Source: Eutreptiella sp. 'Long Island Sound 2002'
Lineage: Eukaryota; Protista; Euglenida
Length of the DNA stretch: 64,000 bases
Reading direction: 5' to 3'
Assembly: GCA_964036045.1 (NCBI GenBank)
Contig: OZ038379.1
Span: 13,144,001-13,208,000 of the forward strand
Each line of letters begins with the position of its first letter. The stretch's first letter is position 1. Position numbers and translations under genes: made by a program. This document shows, one piece after another, positions 60,489 to 64,000 of this stretch. A model generated the notes under the pieces. It made no database searches. It was not told where the DNA came from and saw nothing but the letters and a program-made list of their open reading frames with translations.

Positions 60489-61109
60489 CTGCTGGCCAAC
60501 ATGTGGGTCAGGGCCCCCTGACCCGGGAGGGCCTGCCATCCGCATCCCGGTCGATGAGTCAATGTACTCCACGCTGACCACCTCCTTGCCGTGGTAGTGG
60601 GAGGGCTCTCCGTGGGGCACAGAGGGGCCGCTGGTGTAGTGGCCGGGGCCATGGTATGGGCGGCCGCTGTAGGTGGTGACGGGGGCGGGGGCGGGGGCGT
60701 GATGGGCGTAGGTGGTGACGGGGGCGGGGGCGGGGGCGTGATGGGCGTAGGTGGTGATGGGCGCGGGCGCGGCATAGGAGCGGGGGCGGGCCACCCCGAC
60801 GAGCTGCCCGAAGTGCTGCCCGTCGATCACGCCGTCCGCCGCGTCCAACGCGTAGGCCTCTTCCTGGGACCGGGCGAGGGCGGGACCGGCCCCGTAGTGT
60901 GGGGCAGGCGTGTGGTAGACGGCGTGTGGGGCAGGGGGGGCGTAGACGGCGTGTGGGGCAGGGGCAGGGGCGGCGTAGACGGTGTGTGGGGGGGGAGGGG
61001 CAGTCGTGGCAGTGCGCTGGCCGGCCAACTCAGGGGCCACCAGGATGGGCTTGCCCATGTAGGTCCCCTTCGGGCCGGCGTCCATCGCGTCCAGCTTCTT
61101 TGCGTCCGC
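60489..61109 (-). CDS. Pro/His/Tyr-rich 'LDAADGVIDG' repeat protein, internal exon (upstream exons not located)
   Basis: Acceptor ...cccacgcgcag| at 61110 and donor cag|gtcggc at 60488; 621 nt, phase 0. Contains KLDAMDAGPKGTYMG and ALDAADGVIDGQHFG, 39-nt APAPAPVTTYAHH repeats, and EVVSVEYIDSSTGMRMAGPP. Confidence 0.8.
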
Positions 61110-61953
61110 CTGCGCGTGGGCACGGGGCGTAGGCCAGGGGTGCACGGAAAAGGGGGAGACAGTGGCTGTCGGCCGTTGGAAGAGCCCCCGGGAGGCAAAT
61201 CCTACGCCCCAGCAGTTACAAACCGGTTGGACGCACCCCGTATACCATTGCAAAGTTGTGATGGTCTGAGGTAACCATCAAGACAACGGCATTGCGCTTA
61301 GGCTTTCAAAGGCATGACTCGGGGTGTGGAGGGTTCCATGAAGGCTGGTTAGTTGGTTGCCATCTGGTACAACCGGTGCCCAGTTTCATCGGGCTCAGGC
61401 CAGGATTAGGGCTACGGCTGGAGCTGGGGCTGGGCTTGGGCTTGCGCTAGGGCATATCAGAACCATCAAGGTGGGTCTGTGCCAACAGGCATAGCGACGA
61501 CTTGAGTGCATGCAGATGGACCTACACTGGGCCTGCGCTTGAAAAGGGGGAGGGTGGCCTTTGTGGTAGCGGTCAGCTCTGCCAACCCCTTCTTCCGCTT
61601 GCAACGGCCCCGGTGTGCAAGAACGCTGGTGGAGTTTCAACACAATTTGCGGCCACCCCCCGATCAATCACACACACCCTGCAGGTACACATCTATAAAA
61701 CACAAACAAGTGTGTTAAACTGGAATTACCGGCAAATCTACCCCACCTTTTACCGTTTGTTTTATCCCCCCCTCAGCCTCAGCTCTCAGCCTTTAACCCC
61801 CAATGGTGTAGGGAATGCATGTGGGCGCCGTATGGGTTAGAGCTATGAGTTTGTGTGACCTGCTTGTTGGTCGTGGTCGGTTTGGAGGGAGTAGGGGTTG
61901 GGGGGGGTAACAAAGGCTAGGAGGGGCCAGATATAATATCGGGGCAGCATATC

Positions 61954-62626
61954 CACTACTGTCGAAATAGGGATTTTACGACGCGTCGGGCCCCGACACC
62001 TCCCGACGCGTCGTACATCCCCGACGCGTCGGGCCCCGACACCTTGTACGACACTGTACGACGCGTCGTACATCCCCGACGCGTCGGGCCCCGACGCCTT
62101 GTACGACACTGTACGACGCGTCGTACAGTGTCTTAAGCAACACTCTGCCCCCCCCCCTCTCTTAAGCAACACTCTGCCCCCCCCCCCCCCTCTCTTAAGC
62201 AACACTCTGCCCCCCCCCTTCTATTAAGCAACACTCTGCACAGGGGGAGGGCGGTCTGGGGTCTGTAGACACTGTGCACCACAGGTAGACGCGGCCTGCT
62301 AATTGTAGACACTGTCGGCATGTTGTAGACGCGAAGTGCCAATATTTGGGAAGGGGGCCGAAGGCCCCCTTCCCCCAAGACGGTCCGCTGCCATCGTTTA
62401 CCCGCCTAGAGGGGGAGGGCGGTCGTACTATGTCGTACTGTGTCGTACGGTGTTGGTGCTGTACGACACCTTGTACGACACTGTACGACGCGTCGTACAT
62501 CCCCGACGCGTCGGGCCCCGACGCCTTGTACGACACTGTACGACGCGTCGTACGCTCCCGACGCGTCGGGCCCCGACGCCTTGTACGACGCCCCGACGCG
62601 TCGTACAATGCATTTCCGACAGCACT
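61954..62626. mobile_element. 673-bp MITE-like element with 9-bp TSD (Mutator-like), filled with 55-bp palindromic repeats
   Basis: CAGCATATC at 61945-61953 and 62627-62635. Imperfect ~35-bp TIRs (ctgtcg-aaat...tacgacgcgtcggg). The 55-bp unit starts at 62046/62101 and 62473/62528. A perfect 28-bp palindrome lies at 62105-62132, and ttaagcaacactctg occurs 4 times. Confidence 0.75.
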
Positions 62627-64000
62627 CAGCATATCATACTAAACTCCAACAGCGTTCTTGCGAGACCTTACCTTACCATTGCAAGGGCGTTGCGTAAAAA
62701 GCCGGGTGGGGGGGGGGGGGGAGATTGGCACAAGGCCTTGGTGTTGGGTGGGGGGGGGGGGGACAGGATGGGAACCATGTTCCTGTGTGCTGCCCGCAGT
62801 GCTGCTGCACAGCGGTTTGTGACAGGTTGAGCGTGGTTTGTGACACCGATTGATGCGGTTCATGGCACAGCGACCAATCCAATAGATCAATTGCAACAAC
62901 GCGGCATTGCACGGTACGCCTGGTGCCCTTCGTTTGCACAGACGCCTGACGCCAGGGTGGGTATTGAGGGCCTGCGCTTGGTCCGGTTGTTGTGCAGGCG
63001 CCGACTTGGGAACCATAGGGACAGCCTCGTCCTGCACTGCGACTTCATTTGTTGGGCGGACCTGCTGACCACACCCGGGGGACGTTCTCGCTTGTCTGGG
63101 GGGGCTGACTCCCTGCGGGCCTGTCGGCGCTCTCGATGGAACCTTGCCTGTTGCGCAAGAGAGCACGCTCTGGGGGCGCAGAGTGGGTGCGTGTTTCCTG
63201 GCGCACATCTGCCAGCCCAGCAAAAAAGCCTCGTGCAGGTGGTTCGCAGCAACCTGCGTGCGACCACACTGAACACCAGGTTCTATCCGCTTCGGAGGCC
63301 GCTGCTTTTGCAGTGCAGTTTTGGGATAAGAAGACTCACCCCACCAAGGCTTCTCAGCATGAATTTCTGGCAACCTGCATCAATGTTGATTTGGAGTGAA
63401 ATGTGAAACATGCGGGTCGCCAGAGGTACACTCGAAAGAGGGGGCATCAAACAACATATTCGGAATAAGCGAGTGTGAAATGTTCAGTTCATGTTTGCGT
63501 GCCGACTTTGCAGCTCTAGTGCTTGAAAATGTGACCACCTACCCACCCCCCAACCCATGCATTTCTGAAATGCCCTTTTCTCACAGATTTCAAAAAGTAC
63601 ACACATACCCTCCCCCCCTACGGAACGAAATTTTGGTGCATTGGACAAAAAATTGAGAAAGCCCTGAAAAAGTGCAAATTTGCTCCGTGTTGGCAGGTTA
63701 TGAATGTCCCCGAGAGATATAGGAGTCACAATAATACCACCAAAAGCGCTGATCAGCTTGCGGTATGAACCATGGGGGAAACTTTTCTCAATTTTTCGTA
63801 AGCAGAGGATCCCTTGGGCAGGTGAACAACAATTTTACTAGAGGAGGGGGGGGGGGGGGCAGGCCCCCGAAAATAACGGGGAGGTTCAGAGCATTGTTTT
63901 CCCAACAACATGTTTTGTGGTCAAGAATGTAAGAGGGTATGGCATGTCTGTGGTAGTGGGACAGAGGGGCGGGTCATGCCTGTGAAGAATTGTTGCTGTT

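Noticed and set aside
61954-61975. CACTA element call from the CACTAC left end
   Set aside because: The right end does not finish in TAGTG, and the flanking duplication is 9 bp rather than 2-3 bp.
1-64000. rRNA, 5S or spliced-leader RNA genes
   Set aside because: No recognisable conserved rRNA or euglenid spliced-leader sequence was found by eye; an Infernal/Rfam scan would be decisive.

Overview
Repeat-dense eukaryotic genomic DNA, not prokaryotic: GT-AG introns, satellites, many decayed and non-autonomous transposons, long G/C runs, and GC-rich exons in ~50% GC flanks. A euglenid-like marine protist host is my inference only. Most ORFs in the supplied track are noise. The key gene is a two-exon minus-strand SAM-dependent methyltransferase (join 55457-55639, 52175-53092; 366 aa) carrying the motifs I recall for DsyB/DSYB, the MTHB S-methyltransferase of DMSP synthesis. 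Other coding features are an ankyrin protein with an F-box-like tail (46407-47414), a Pro/His/Tyr-rich 'LDAADGVIDG' repeat protein (exons 60489-61109 and 58930-59157), a FAMeT-domain probable pseudogene (~30.0-30.5 kb), and three paralogs of an orphan coiled-coil + Gly/Ser two-exon gene. Structural features include an ~8.4-kb tandem duplication, a 1257-bp TIR element with an 8-bp TSD and an in-window empty site, a 3.7-kb foldback element inside a 53-bp satellite, a MULE-like MITE with a 9-bp TSD, a tRNA-derived SINE, and weak relics of LINE, Penelope and KDZ elements. All homology calls come from motif recall and need database confirmation.
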